Source of the DNA: Takakia lepidozioides
Lineage: Eukaryota; Plantae; Bryophyta
Assembly (NCBI GenBank): GCA_030704615.1
Contig: CM060731.1
Coordinates: 59,086,001 to 59,150,000, forward strand
DNA length: 64,000 nucleotides
Direction: 5' to 3'
Both the position numbers and the translations under genes were made by a program. This document shows, piece after piece, positions 51,243 through 62,933 of this stretch (the first letter of the stretch is position 1; each line of letters begins with the position of its first letter). The notes below the pieces were generated by a model, which saw only the letters and a list, made by a program, of their open reading frames with translations, was not told where the DNA came from and made no database searches.

Positions 51243-52277
51243 TGTTAGAGGACTGTAGGGGACTTAGACACTTATACGGGATCTGTAGGGTACCCTTAAT
51301 TTTTGCACAGACTGAGACCAACAGGAGCCTTAGGGGTGACAGCAGCGCACTGTAGAAGGGGGTTACACAGCCAACACAGCCGTTACAGTCGTCACAGCCA
51401 ACACAGCCAACACAGTCGTCACAGTCGTCACAGCCGACACAGCCAACACAGCCGTTACAGTCGTCACAGCCGACACAGCCAACACAGCCGTCACAGTCGT
51501 CACAGCAGACACAGCCGACACAGCCGACACAGCCCGGCACAGCCACACAGCCAGTCACAGCCCGACACAGCCAAACACAGTCGCACAGTCAGTCACAGCC
51601 CGTCACAGTTTCACACAGCCAGTCACAGCTTGACACAGCTGTCACGATAATAGGGAACGAAGAGTAGGACAGGGAACGACTGTGGGGAACAACACCTGTG
51701 AAGGGAGCATGTTAGTTCACAGACGACGGTTAGAGAGGGAAACGGTTAGAACCGCGGATAGGAGGATAAAGGGAGAAACGGGGAATGAAGGAGGGGGATC
51801 ATCATTATTCGGGGGGACTTCGGAGTCAGGCAGGAGCGGAGATCGGAGCAAGAGATGGAGAGCACGATGAAGGAGGAAAGAGGATTAGTAGATGCTTGTT
51901 ATATGCAAAGCTGTAGTGATATTGGAGAGCAGATTAGAGACATAATGGCTTCGGCCTGATACCTGATAAATCATAATCTGATACTTATACGATACAATCA
52001 CACTGTGTAGAGAGATCTGAGAGAAGCTGTGGATTGAATGGATGAGTGAAGGAAACCGATAGATTGATGAAGCAAACTGATACTTAATTATCAATGCCAA
52101 AGGTAGCTAAGATGAATGAGAAAAAGGAAACGCATAGGAAACACCCCCATGATACACTAGCTGTAGGTCATGACTGATTGTTCTGCGCGGGCTGAGTACT
52201 TAGAGATTTCCAACTCTTCTATCTTGGAGTTTCCGCCTCGGATAGCGAAGGGATGGGTGAGTAAAAGCCGCGCGACA
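51243..52277 (+). repeat. 5' LTR (about 1035 bp) with an internal CACAGC array
   Basis: TGTTAGAGG...GCGCGACA; matches 62934-63975. Confidence 0.96.
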
Positions 52278-52865
52278 TTTGGCGACCATACTGGGGACCT
52301 GGGACATGAACAACCAGATGTGACAGGCATCTGGTGGGATCATGGTGGTTGGACCATTAAAGAATTTGAAGTGAATCAAATTCCCTGTGGAACGAAGGAA
52401 GAAAGATTGTCCAAACAATTCTTTCAAAGGTTCTTGGAATTGCCAGACGGATGTAAAGAAAATATTCTTAAACGAGTGCATGATGCTGATCCAGAATGGG
52501 GTCTGGAGAAAGGAGTGATAAAGATTTATCAGGTAGCCTGTAGAGGAAGAGCACGTTGGTTACCAACATTAGTTTATGTGATAGCTTTGCTATCCATTAA
52601 ACGAGTAGAGTTTGAAGGCTGGGAAGAAAGAAAGGTGAATGTTTATACTCATATGCATGAAGAGCTTGTACTGGTAAAGAATTGGATTCCAAAGGATATT
52701 TTGTGGATCAAACTCACACCAAGAACAGCTTTTCAGACTTGTTTGCCATATGGTTATATGGTAACGGAGACTTCAAGTATAGCCAAGGGTGCATTGAAGC
52801 TTGAAAGAAACCCAGGCATATACGAGAGATATTACAGAAGAGAGTTTTGGTTATTGCCACATTAA
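52170..52865 (+). CDS. Extra 5' ORF of the retrotransposon, unknown function
   Basis: A 231-codon open frame of globular composition running from the LTR through the PBS, upstream of gag. Confidence 0.45.
   Translation: MTDCSARAEYLEISNSSILEFPPRIAKGWVSKSRATFGDHTGDLGHEQPDVTGIWWDHGGWTIKEFEVNQIPCGTKEERLSKQFFQRFLELPDGCKENILKRVHDADPEWGLEKGVIKIYQVACRGRARWLPTLVYVIALLSIKRVEFEGWEERKVNVYTHMHEELVLVKNWIPKDILWIKLTPRTAFQTCLPYGYMVTETSSIAKGALKLERNPGIYERYYRREFWLLPH
52280..52297 (+). promoter_or_regulatory. Primer-binding site, probably tRNA-Arg type
   Basis: TGGCGACCATACTGGGGA lies 2 nt after the 5' LTR and resembles the TGGCGACTCCACTGGGGA PBS of Ogre/Tat-type elements. Confidence 0.75.
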
Positions 52866-53056
52866 AAGAAATGAAAGACATGGGACATGAGTGATGAAAG
52901 AGAAGCTAGACGACAAAGATATTCATCAAAAGAGAAAGCTATCTGAAAGCTAATTATCCATATCTTTGGGAGAGAGGAATAGACATAGGGGAATCATCTG
53001 GACCTCTCACACCATCAAGATCAAAAAGTGCATCACCTATACCGGAAGAACTAGAG

Positions 53057-54860
53057 TTGGATGCCACTCCTTCTGTTTCTTTGCAAGAAAGATTAAGGGA
53101 ATTGGTACAGGAAGAAGATCAATCACGAGGAGAAAGATCTGAGGTACATCCTTGGATAAAAGACTTGACAGAAATCTTTGATAAGAGTTGGCATGGAACA
53201 CCAAAAGCAGGAACTCCAGTTTCTGAAGCAGAAGATGAAGAAGGGAAGAGGATGTGGCAGAGCCAACGGAGAGTTCAGACTCTCCAACACCATTACAGTT
53301 GAGTTACATGAGTGAAGAAGAAACCCAAGGGCAGAACTTGGAGGATGAAAACAGAGAGAAGAAATTAGAAGAGGAAGAATATGAAGAAGTAGACCCAACA
53401 GCTGAGGTTGAGACTACAACCAGGACATCCCAACCCGTTGGACCTGGATCAAGTGGAGCACTTGGATCACAGGCCAACGAAGGTGTCGGCTCAGGGGGAT
53501 CAGGCGGGCTGCCTGGATCTGGCTCTGGGGGGACAGGGAGTGTGGGAAGTAGTGCAACTGAAGCTGGGAATACTGTGAATATCGTGGGACCAGAAGCAAG
53601 GAGTGCTCAAGGGCCACCACTTGGTGGAAGATCCACCACAAAAAAAAACAGGTCCAGAAGGACCAGCACCAGCAAGGGTGCCAGCACCTGCCAGTGGGCA
53701 GAAGGTAGGGCCACAGATGGCGTTACAACCAACACGGGCAAAACCACCCTTTCCAATATATTCAGGAAAAGGGGATCCCGATGTACACATTAGCCAATTT
53801 GAGCACATGTGTATAGTGAACAATGAGAATGGCGATGATGCCAAGATGAGACTGTTTCCTTGTTCACTTATCAAGAAAGCAAGTGAATGGTATGCAAGAT
53901 CCCTGATAATCATTTCCTAACCTGGAATGGCTTGAATACAGCATTTCGAAATAGGTTCAGGACAAGTAAAACTGAGGATGAAGTGTATGGAAGTTTACAA
54001 CAGCTGAAGCAGAAGAAGCATGAAACTGTTGAAGAGTATTGGAGAAGATGGAATTGATGATGAAAAAGCTGGCTGCAGTACCAGCGCCCGGTTTACAGAA
54101 GACTTGGTTTGTGAGTGGATTAAGACCAGAGTTGCAAAAGAAAGTGGATATGTTACCCCATAATACAGTGGAGGAGGCATTTGAAACTGCGAACAGAATT
54201 GAGCAATTGGGAATGCTCAGGAGAGAGAAAAAAGAAGATGAGGACTGAGGATGAGTCAGATGAAGAAGAAGAGCAAGAACTAAAAAGAAAGAGTAAGAGA
54301 AAGGAGAAGTTGAAGAGGGATAACTATGAAAAAAATTGGAAGAAATCTTGAAGAAGTATGCCACAGAGGCTGCAACACATTGGAGGAAGGGTGTATGGTG
54401 TGCAAAGTGCCAGAATGAAGGCCATACCACCACAGAATGCCACATGAAGGAGAAACACTGTACTATCTGTAAAATGGATAACCATTCTACTGAGAATTGT
54501 TACTACAACAGAAGGACAGCTGCAAGAGAACCTAGGCAAGTAAGGGTGCATCAGGTGCAGCCCCAGCCAAGAAGAAATAATGATCAGGACCACTATGGTA
54601 GGTCTGGTGGTTATAACAATGGCATGGAAGGGAGAGGTAATTCAAGAGGGAATTACCAAGGAAATTCCAGGAGGGGGGGTGGGGGGGGGGGGGGGACCAA
54701 CTCCGGGGTAATCCAAGGGGGAAATTACAGACTGGAATCAGGATTATAGAAATAATCAAAGACAGACCAAGAGGCGAAGGGACCCATACCCCGAAGGTGA
54801 AGAGCTATGTTACTAGATGTAATCAGCCAGGACATCGCAAGGCAGCAGTTCTGATTCTGG
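53057..54860 (+). pseudogene. gag (frameshifted)
   Basis: FPIYSGKGDPDVHISQFE...KMRLFPCSL..ASEWY and FVSGLRPEL; knuckles CAKCQNEGHTTTEC and CTICKMDNHSTENC; several stops and indels. Confidence 0.8.
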
Positions 54861-55219
54861 ATAAGAAAAAAGAATGGACATGAGATGAAGAGCTTTGCCT
54901 GTGAATGAGGGCCCCAGTGGGGGCCCAAGCTCACAGGGTTAGGCCATGTGTTGGACCAGAACAGTAAGTTTACAATGATAGTAACAAGAAGTTAAAGCCA
55001 AAAACTATACCTACAGTAGAAGAGGAAGAAGATGAGAATGGAAGTGGCAATGATATGCCTGAAGATGAAGAGGGAATTGGAAAGATGAGAAGGGAACTGA
55101 TCACAAGGAATGGATGAAGTCATGGAGGCTTACTCCTTATTATTGGGAAATGGCTGAAACAGAGTACTGATATTCCTGTTACAGCTTCCACGAGATTCGG
55201 AGGAGAGAAAAAGAAGGGA

Positions 55220-58200
55220 GTGGACTGGAGAGGAGGACTGGATGAGGAGCAGGAAGCTACCCTATTTGCTGCACACCCAGAATGGGAGCAGGTTGCGGAG
55301 ATGCGGCTGGAAAGCCTAAGTTGTTTAAGAGGTATCTGCTGTGGTGTAGTGTCGGCAACACCAATTGAAGAGGAAACCAGCTGTTACCCACCACATTTCT
55401 ATGAAGAAAAGGAGGGAGAGATAGAAATCCTAGAAGAACCAGCCACTGTGAGCTTAAAGGATGAAGTGGTGACTGGTTGGACAATCACAGCTGATGAGCA
55501 GGTGAGAGAAGTAAATGTGGGAACTCAGGAGGAACCGAGGATGGTGAAAGTAGGAGCTGATTTGGAGCCGGAATTCTTCGAAGAAGCTAAAAGCTTGTTC
55601 ATCAAATACAGAGATGTATTTGCTTGGAGCTATGAGGATCTAAAAGGGATACCACCTGAAGTCTGTCAGCATAAGATTGAACTGGAACCAGGGTCAGTAC
55701 CAATCAAGCAGGCGAGGTATAGAATGAATCCCAACTACGCACAGAAGGTTGGAGAAGAGATAAAGAAGTTGGCTGAGGCTAAGTTTATATACCCAATAGA
55801 GTATACAACTTGGTTGTCACCCATTGTTATAGTTCCCAAGAAGAATGGCAAACTAAGAGTATGTGTGAACTATAAGAAGCTGAATGCTTGTACGAAGAAA
55901 GATCCTTTCCCTTTGCCATTCACAGAAGCAGTATTAGACACTGTGGCAGGCCATGAGATGTACTCATTCATGGATGGCTTCAGTGGTTATAATCAAGTGC
56001 AAGTGGCAGAAGAAGACCAAGGGAAAACAGCTTTCATCACAGACTGGGGGGCTTATGCATACAAAGTCATGCCCTTTGGACTTTGTAATGCACCAGCGAC
56101 CTTTCAGAGAGTGATAAGTGAATCTTTTCATGAGTATCTGGATGATTTCATGCAGGTATTCTTGGATGATTTCAGTGTGTACAGCTCTAAGAATGAGCAC
56201 TTGCATAAATTGGAGTTATGCCTGGCCAGATGCAGGATGAGAGGTCTGGGCTTGAATCCAGAGAAGTGTACTTTCTGTGTGAACTCAGGGGTGCTTCTGG
56301 GACACATTGTGTGTAAGAAGGGACTTCTTGTGGATCCCAGGAAGACAGAGTCCATTAAAGTCTCTCCACCACCAGTGAATGTTAAGAGTTTAAGGAGATT
56401 CCTTGGGCAAACCAGTTATTACAGAAGATTTGTCAAAAGGTATGCACAAATAGCAGCACCATTGAGCAAGCTTCTGAAGAAAGATGCAGTGTTTGCCTGG
56501 ACAGCTGAATGTCAACAGGCGTTTGAGGAACTTACACTGTCAGTAACAACTACACCTGTGCTGATTAACCCTCACTGGCATGTAGTATTTCATGTTCACT
56601 GCGATGCATCAGGAGAAGCGTTGGGTGCGGTGTTAGCCCAGAATGTTACAGGGAATATAGATTCACCTGTGTACTATGCTAGCCGATTGATGAACAGTGC
56701 TGAGAGGAACTATAGTACAACGGAAAGAGAAGCATTGGCAATGATTTATGCAGTCAAGAAATTCAGGCATTACCTATTGGGAAGAAAGTTTATGTTTTAT
56801 GTGGATCACCAGGCTCTGATATATCTGGTGAACAAACCTTTGATAAGTGGAAGGATAGCGAGGTGGTTAATAATCTTGCATGAGTTTGAGTTCGAGGTTA
56901 TTTACAAGCCTGGCCGTTTGCATCTTGTGGCAGATCATTTGTCACGACTAACAACAGGAGAGGCCGCCACAGGAGTGGACGATCAGTTACCTGATGCGAG
57001 TTTATTTGTAATGGAGGTGCAAGGAAGTGCAGATGAATGGTTAGATTGGCAGTGGCCAATCAGATACTACCTTGCTCATGGTCAGTGCCCACCTAGTTAT
57101 GGTAAGGAGCAGAGGAAGAGAATTGCTATCAAAGCTTTACCTTATACTATGGTAGGAAGCAGAATGTATAAGTTAGGACCTGATGGAGTACTAAAACGAT
57201 GCTTGTACCACCATGAAGTAAATAAAGTCTTGGAGGAAGTTCATAAAGGAGTGGCTGGAGGTCATTTTGGAGAAGAGACTACCAGTAGAAAGATACTACT
57301 CGCAGGATACTGGTGGCCTACTTTGTTCAAAGATGTACATGAGTATTGTCAGAAGTGTGATGAATGTCAGAGGCTAGGACCTTTGCAGAGATCTGGAAGA
57401 ATGGCCTTGCATCCTACAATGCCTACGGAACCATTTCAGAAATGGGGACTAGACTTTGTTGGACCAATTAATCCACCATCCAAGAATACACGAAACAGGT
57501 ACATAATTACAGCCACTGATTATACTACAAAGTGGGTGGAAGCTAAAGCTTTGAGGGACAACACAGCCAAGTCCACAGCAAGGTTCCTGTACGAGAACAT
57601 ACTTACACGATTTGGATGTCCCTTAGAATTTATCAGTGATCAAGGAAGTCACTTCATGAATGAGACCATTGAGTTGTTGACTAAAGAGTTTATGATTGTG
57701 CATAGAAAGAGTACAACATATTACCCACAGGGTAATGGGCAGGCAGAGGCTACCAACAAAATACTATGTACTATCTTGGCTAAGATAGTCAATGCAAACA
57801 GAACGGATTGGGATACAAAGCTGCTGACAGCTTTGTGGTCATACAGGACTTCATATAAAGTCACAACTAAGTATACACCATTCCAATTAGTTTATGGTAT
57901 GGAAGCCTTACTTCCAGTGGAATTCCTGTTACCTACCATGAGAACGGAGTGGGGAAAAAGAATGGAATTGCAAGACTCCATCAAGGTCAGGAAACATGAA
58001 TTATACCATGTGGAAGAAGTACGTGCTGATGCAGCTGATAATATGACCAGAATTCAGATGAAGCGAAAGGAACAGTTTGATGAAGGCAAGTTAAAGACTT
58101 TTAAGACGGGGGATTTGGTTCTATGGTTGCAGAAGAAAGGAAAGATTCAAGCTTCTAAGCTCAAATCACCGTGGAAAGGACCTTATGTCATACAAAAGAT

Positions 58201-58516
58201 GTATGATAACAACACCGCCATGTTACAAACCATTAACAAAGAAATGCTGGGAAGAGTGAATGCAAATAAGTTGAAGGGGTACAGTGGTATCCATGACAAA
58301 CCCCTGCAGCATGATTTGCATGTTGAACCGCAAGAGCAGTCACGGGCTGCACCAGTGTTACGAACGGAGTATGGAACACTAGTTGCTAGGCCCAGCATAT
58401 ACGACCAGGGTGGGCAAAACAAACGTGACACAGCCTATCACAGCCCGCAAGGCGCAACACAGCCTATCACAGCCCATCACGACGTGACACAGCCAACCAC
58501 AGCCATCACGACGTGA
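55220..58516 (+). CDS. pol: pol: reverse transcriptase, RNase H and integrase (no recognisable protease)
   Basis: MDGFSGYNQ, MPFGLCNAPATFQ, FLDDF, HCDASGEALGAVL, HHCC zinc finger, WGLDFVGP, ISDQGSHF, GQAEATNK and WKGPY. Confidence 0.95.
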   Translation: MDWRGGLDEEQEATLFAAHPEWEQVAEMRLESLSCLRGICCGVVSATPIEEETSCYPPHFYEEKEGEIEILEEPATVSLKDEVVTGWTITADEQVREVNVGTQEEPRMVKVGADLEPEFFEEAKSLFIKYRDVFAWSYEDLKGIPPEVCQHKIELEPGSVPIKQARYRMNPNYAQKVGEEIKKLAEAKFIYPIEYTTWLSPIVIVPKKNGKLRVCVNYKKLNACTKKDPFPLPFTEAVLDTVAGHEMYSFMDGFSGYNQVQVAEEDQGKTAFITDWGAYAYKVMPFGLCNAPATFQRVISESFHEYLDDFMQVFLDDFSVYSSKNEHLHKLELCLARCRMRGLGLNPEKCTFCVNSGVLLGHIVCKKGLLVDPRKTESIKVSPPPVNVKSLRRFLGQTSYYRRFVKRYAQIAAPLSKLLKKDAVFAWTAECQQAFEELTLSVTTTPVLINPHWHVVFHVHCDASGEALGAVLAQNVTGNIDSPVYYASRLMNSAERNYSTTEREALAMIYAVKKFRHYLLGRKFMFYVDHQALIYLVNKPLISGRIARWLIILHEFEFEVIYKPGRLHLVADHLSRLTTGEAATGVDDQLPDASLFVMEVQGSADEWLDWQWPIRYYLAHGQCPPSYGKEQRKRIAIKALPYTMVGSRMYKLGPDGVLKRCLYHHEVNKVLEEVHKGVAGGHFGEETTSRKILLAGYWWPTLFKDVHEYCQKCDECQRLGPLQRSGRMALHPTMPTEPFQKWGLDFVGPINPPSKNTRNRYIITATDYTTKWVEAKALRDNTAKSTARFLYENILTRFGCPLEFISDQGSHFMNETIELLTKEFMIVHRKSTTYYPQGNGQAEATNKILCTILAKIVNANRTDWDTKLLTALWSYRTSYKVTTKYTPFQLVYGMEALLPVEFLLPTMRTEWGKRMELQDSIKVRKHELYHVEEVRADAADNMTRIQMKRKEQFDEGKLKTFKTGDLVLWLQKKGKIQASKLKSPWKGPYVIQKMYDNNTAMLQTINKEMLGRVNANKLKGYSGIHDKPLQHDLHVEPQEQSRAAPVLRTEYGTLVARPSIYDQGGQNKRDTAYHSPQGATQPITAHHDVTQPTTAITT

Positions 58517-58665
58517 CAACAGCCTATCACAGCCCATCACGACGCAACACAGCCTATAACAACATACCACAGCGTGTCACAGCCTATCACAGCTTACCAC
58601 AGTGCATCACAGCCTATCACGGGTAACACAGTATGACACAGCCTGTCACAGCTCAACACAGCCTA
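58428..58665 (+). repeat. ACACAGCC/TCACAGC motif array downstream of the integrase
   Basis: Repeated acacagcctatcacagc units with the same core as the LTR arrays. Confidence 0.8.
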
Positions 58666-59135
58666 CTAAAATTACACGATCCATAGAATCAGTGACAAGT
58701 GGACACATAAAAACTTCAGGAAAATGGATGACGGAAGAGGAAACGGAAATTACTTTAAAAATAGACACGTGGAGGTCAGGGTGCGACACACAGCAGAGAA
58801 TGAAGTGCAAGGACAGGTGTCAAAAAGAAAGAGGAAAAGAACGGCCGTCAAATGGGATGAAAGGCGGGCCCATTAATGAATACGGAAAAAGGGAAACGGA
58901 ACGAACGGCAAGTACAGAAAAGCCGAATTCATGTCGCATGTGTGATCCTAGTGGACTATCCAACAGGGAAAGTCCACTAAAGAAGATAAAAGTTAAAATC
59001 CAGTCACAGCAGATACAGCCAATAGAAAACCAGAGAAATGATCAAGAAAATGGAGGGAATTGAGCGCAAGAGGCGGCGTCGTTCTGAGTAACGGGCGTCT
59101 CGACAGGACAGGCCATAAATGCTATAACTTGGAAA

Positions 59136-62100
59136 CTATGGAGGAACTAACAGACTATACGCTCGCAATATTACTTACGCAATGGCATAGACACGAAACG
59201 ACAGAGCAGAGCTTTTCTCTTGAACAATGCTTGCAAGCCCCGCAGGCTTACAAGAGATTACCCATAGCTTTCTGCGGCAACCATACGTTTCTGCTTTGTG
59301 CACTACAGGCATTCCTGCAGTTGTTACAGCCAAAGCAGTTCTGTGAGTCTAAGATGAAGAGAGTGAGAGGAATGGAGGAAATCAGGGTGAAGAGCACCAC
59401 AATTCTGCAGAAACAAACGATGGCTACCCCACAGGCGATAAAGATACTGGAGGAGCTGAGATTGGAAGGATTGCAAAGTCTAGATTGGACACTACACCAT
59501 AGACAGTACATGTTACAATTTTTGCAGAACTTTGAGCCAAGGACAGGAACAACAACGGTGAAGGGAGTTGAATTAATGATTACTCCCCTATACCTCCAGC
59601 AATTGTTTCGATTGCCAGCAGGTCAGGTGCATGTGGGGAACACAGGGCAAGACTGCAAATAGGGGACTTATTCCAAGAAGGGAGTTTCTTTAAAACTCAG
59701 GGTTATGCTTGTACCAAAGCTGTGTACCCAGGGTTAAAAGAGATAGGCCAAGTATTGAACGTTCTGTTTGCCCTGAAACAGAACCAACAATATTTGAGCA
59801 GATCCTTCACAGAGGAAATACTCAAAGGCCTGAAGGGACAAGAGGTACAATGGGCGGACATTATGTACAACGCACTAGTAGAGGAGATGAAAAGATTACA
59901 AGGTACTACCGCAAAGTCTCCTATCATAGTGTCTGGCCCAATCATTGCTCAAATAATCCTTAATTCTGGCATACTTAATGCACAAGAAAGGAAGGAAATG
60001 GGAGTGTTTGAGCCAGAAACAACTGCAATGGAAGAGCAAGGCTCTTCACACAGTGAGGGTGGACTAGCAGCACAACCCGAGACTAAGAGGCAGAGAAGGG
60101 GAAAGACTGTAGTGGCGGATCCACTGGCTTCACGGATTCCGCATGATAATGTTTCCCAAGCTCATGACCAGGAAGGGGCACAGCAGCACAAAAGAATGTT
60201 ATTACTGGAAGCAGGACCTTCAGAGAGGGAGGAGGAAGTTACTTCTGCATCACACCAACACAGCCACTTGAACGACTTGTCACAAGGTCACAAGTTATCC
60301 ATGCAGCTCAACCCGAAATAATTGATTTGGAAAGTGAAGGGATAGATATTCCAACTACAGAACAGATAGTGGCAGAAATAGAGAAAGGGGACCTTCTCTA
60401 TGAATATTCTGGTCTGGTCAAGGAGACAGAAATCCCAGAGGTGCAACAGTTGCCCAGGGAATCCTGAGGTGCATATAATGCACACACCTGTGTTGGAGGT
60501 ACCACAGGCGGAAGGTCATGACACTGTAACACCAGTCATAGATGAAGTAGTTCAGGAAGAAAATCCGGTGGGACAATGGCCTGAATGGTTAGTGAGACAT
60601 CATACTGTTGAAGATCGGGAGGAACAGCAGCAACCTCACCATGATGACCCTCAACAGGCAATGCTGATGAGTTCCATAGGCAGGACACTTAATTTGTTGG
60701 GGACTTATGTCAAATCCCATGTTCCAATTACCCAATTGACAGCCTTGAAAGAGGAACTCAGGAAGGAGTTTGAGGCTCGACTTGCCACTGAGTGTGCAAA
60801 CAAGGTCGATGAAGAGGTCACTCTCAAGATGAAGCAGGACTTGGGCAATACAGAAATGGCTTTGCAGTTGGCCAAGCAACAATTGATTGAGGCAACCTCG
60901 CGCAAGACCAGTTGCACGAAGCACATAAGCAACAGCTATACCAAATGCAGGTGCAGCATGAAAGCAAGTTGCAAGAACTGAATGCACTACATACGGAGTT
61001 GCAGACAGTGCATAACAGGATGGCGATACAATGTGCTACATTTACAACTATGCTTGACCAATCAACAAAAGAAATAAACAGTCAAGCGGAAAAATGTACG
61101 AAGGCAGAAGAAGAGAATGTTGAGCAAATGAAGCTCATTGTCGATATGAAGAATACAATCTGTCGCCATGAAGATACTTTCAAGCAATACAGGCAGAGGG
61201 AAGCTGATCAAGAGAAACACATCGTGGAGTTGCAACAAACCATCGTGGCCAATAGAAATGAAATCGCGGTCAGTAACAAGGCTTCGAAGGAAGCCAATAA
61301 TCTACTTGCTGCCTATGCGCAATTGGTTGAGCCACAGGCGAAGCGCATGGAGGCTTTACAACAGCAGTTGGAATTGTACAAGCTAAGAGAGGAGCAAACT
61401 CTCAGGGGAACCACAAGCAGCTTGGTGGATAACAGCCTTATGCAGGTCTGGTTAGCACAAGGGCCAGTAGAGGGCAAAAGCCCACGGAAGCTCACCCAAA
61501 GCGAGATGAATGAGCTCAGACTGCAGGTGCAGAACATTGCCACAACTACTATAGACAATGTCTATAGTAGGATAGCAGAGTTACAAGAGGATGTAGACGG
61601 ACTCCAGACTCAAGTGGAAAACCTCACTTCAAACATCGACCAAAGAGTCTATATCCCTCAGGAACAGCTAATGGCTTCTTATTTGCAAGCCAGAACTGGC
61701 TTTTCAGTCTTCACAGGAGGTGCAGGAGATGCCAATGATACAGGAGCCAGTACCACCACCACCACAACAGGTCAGTGTACCAGTAGCTGAACCTGTGGTT
61801 ACTACAACCACACCACAACCACCACAGCCGGAGGTATGGGGCAATGCCGCTTTTAACCCACCTAAAACTCCAGCTGCAAGGGAGTACAGCAGGGCTATGC
61901 TTATGCCCTTCAACCAAATTCCCATCATGTTGGATTTGGCTTGGAAAGAATTTAGTCCTCCGCAGTCATTCGCACATTACTACCAAATCATGCGTATTTG
62001 GCTGCCAGTGGCAACTAGGACTAAAGTTCTTCCAAACAATCGACATATTGAAGATCATCACTTTGCACAATACTGGCACGAGGCAGGTACCATGTTGAGG

Positions 62101-62895
62101 GAATTGGTTGCTTTCCAGGTTGTACATGGACTCATTTATACCAAGACCAAGGAGATAGCAAGTATTGTCATGGGTGCGGGCTATACTACGCTGCTTGTTT
62201 TCTGGTACGTTACCACATTGAGCAACAAAAGATGCAAACACGCTTTCAAAGTTACTCCAGTGGAGATCATTGGGTATTACCTTCGGTGCCACCTCATATG
62301 TACCTATATGACCCAAAAGTTATGATGCAGAAGGATTCTCAAATTCGTTCATGGTTTCAAGCAGCCTGCAACCATTTGTCAACACAGAAATTCGGACTTG
62401 ATGACATTTTCTATAAGGGACATGTGGCATGGAAGTACTTGCACGCTGCACCAGTAATTGGTACCCCACTCATCTGGACAGACAAGGAGCTCAGTGTCTA
62501 CACCAATTTTGCTGTTCAGCGGTTACACCAAGTTGTAAAATACAAACTTCCAGACATGGTAGGACAGCATTGTATGCCCCAGATGATTCCACAAAAAGTT
62601 CGAAAAAAAACACCTGAGAGGCGATGAGGATTCTGATACAACTGTTTCTTCACACAATTCTTTTGACATGGGAGAAGACTATGCAATTCAGATGGAAGAG
62701 AAGAAACAAAGGGGATCTCCTATGCCGGAAAGATTACCTCGATATCAGCCTCCAGAAGGCCTCACTTATCCAGGTAGTGATCAACCATCTCCATCAACCA
62801 GAGACAGACCTCGGGCTCGTACACACAGCCCACCACGAAACTCTCAACGTCAACAAGGTGCTCACTCACAAAGGTTTGCTACTCGGAAACAGTAA
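59136..62895 (+). pseudogene. Long extra 3' ORF (Athila ORF2/env-position-like N-terminus plus coiled coil), frameshifted
   Basis: LQFLQNF...VKGVELMITPLYLQQLFRLP and VQWADIMYNAL resemble the plant retrotransposon accessory domain. A heptad-rich region spans 60700-61650. The frame is split over about 7 overlapping ORFs. Confidence 0.6.
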
Positions 62896-62916
62896 ACCGT
62901 GAGGACACGGCTTTTT

Positions 62917-62930
62917 GAGGGGGGAAGGGG
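62917..62930 (+). promoter_or_regulatory. Polypurine tract
   Basis: GAGGGGGGAAGGGG lies 3 nt before the 3' LTR. Confidence 0.88.
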
Positions 62931-62933
62931 TAA

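Noticed and set aside
50992-51650. Cys-rich metallothionein-like and His/Ser-rich ORFs (also 62866-63362)
   Set aside because: They are translations of the CACAGC array within the LTRs.
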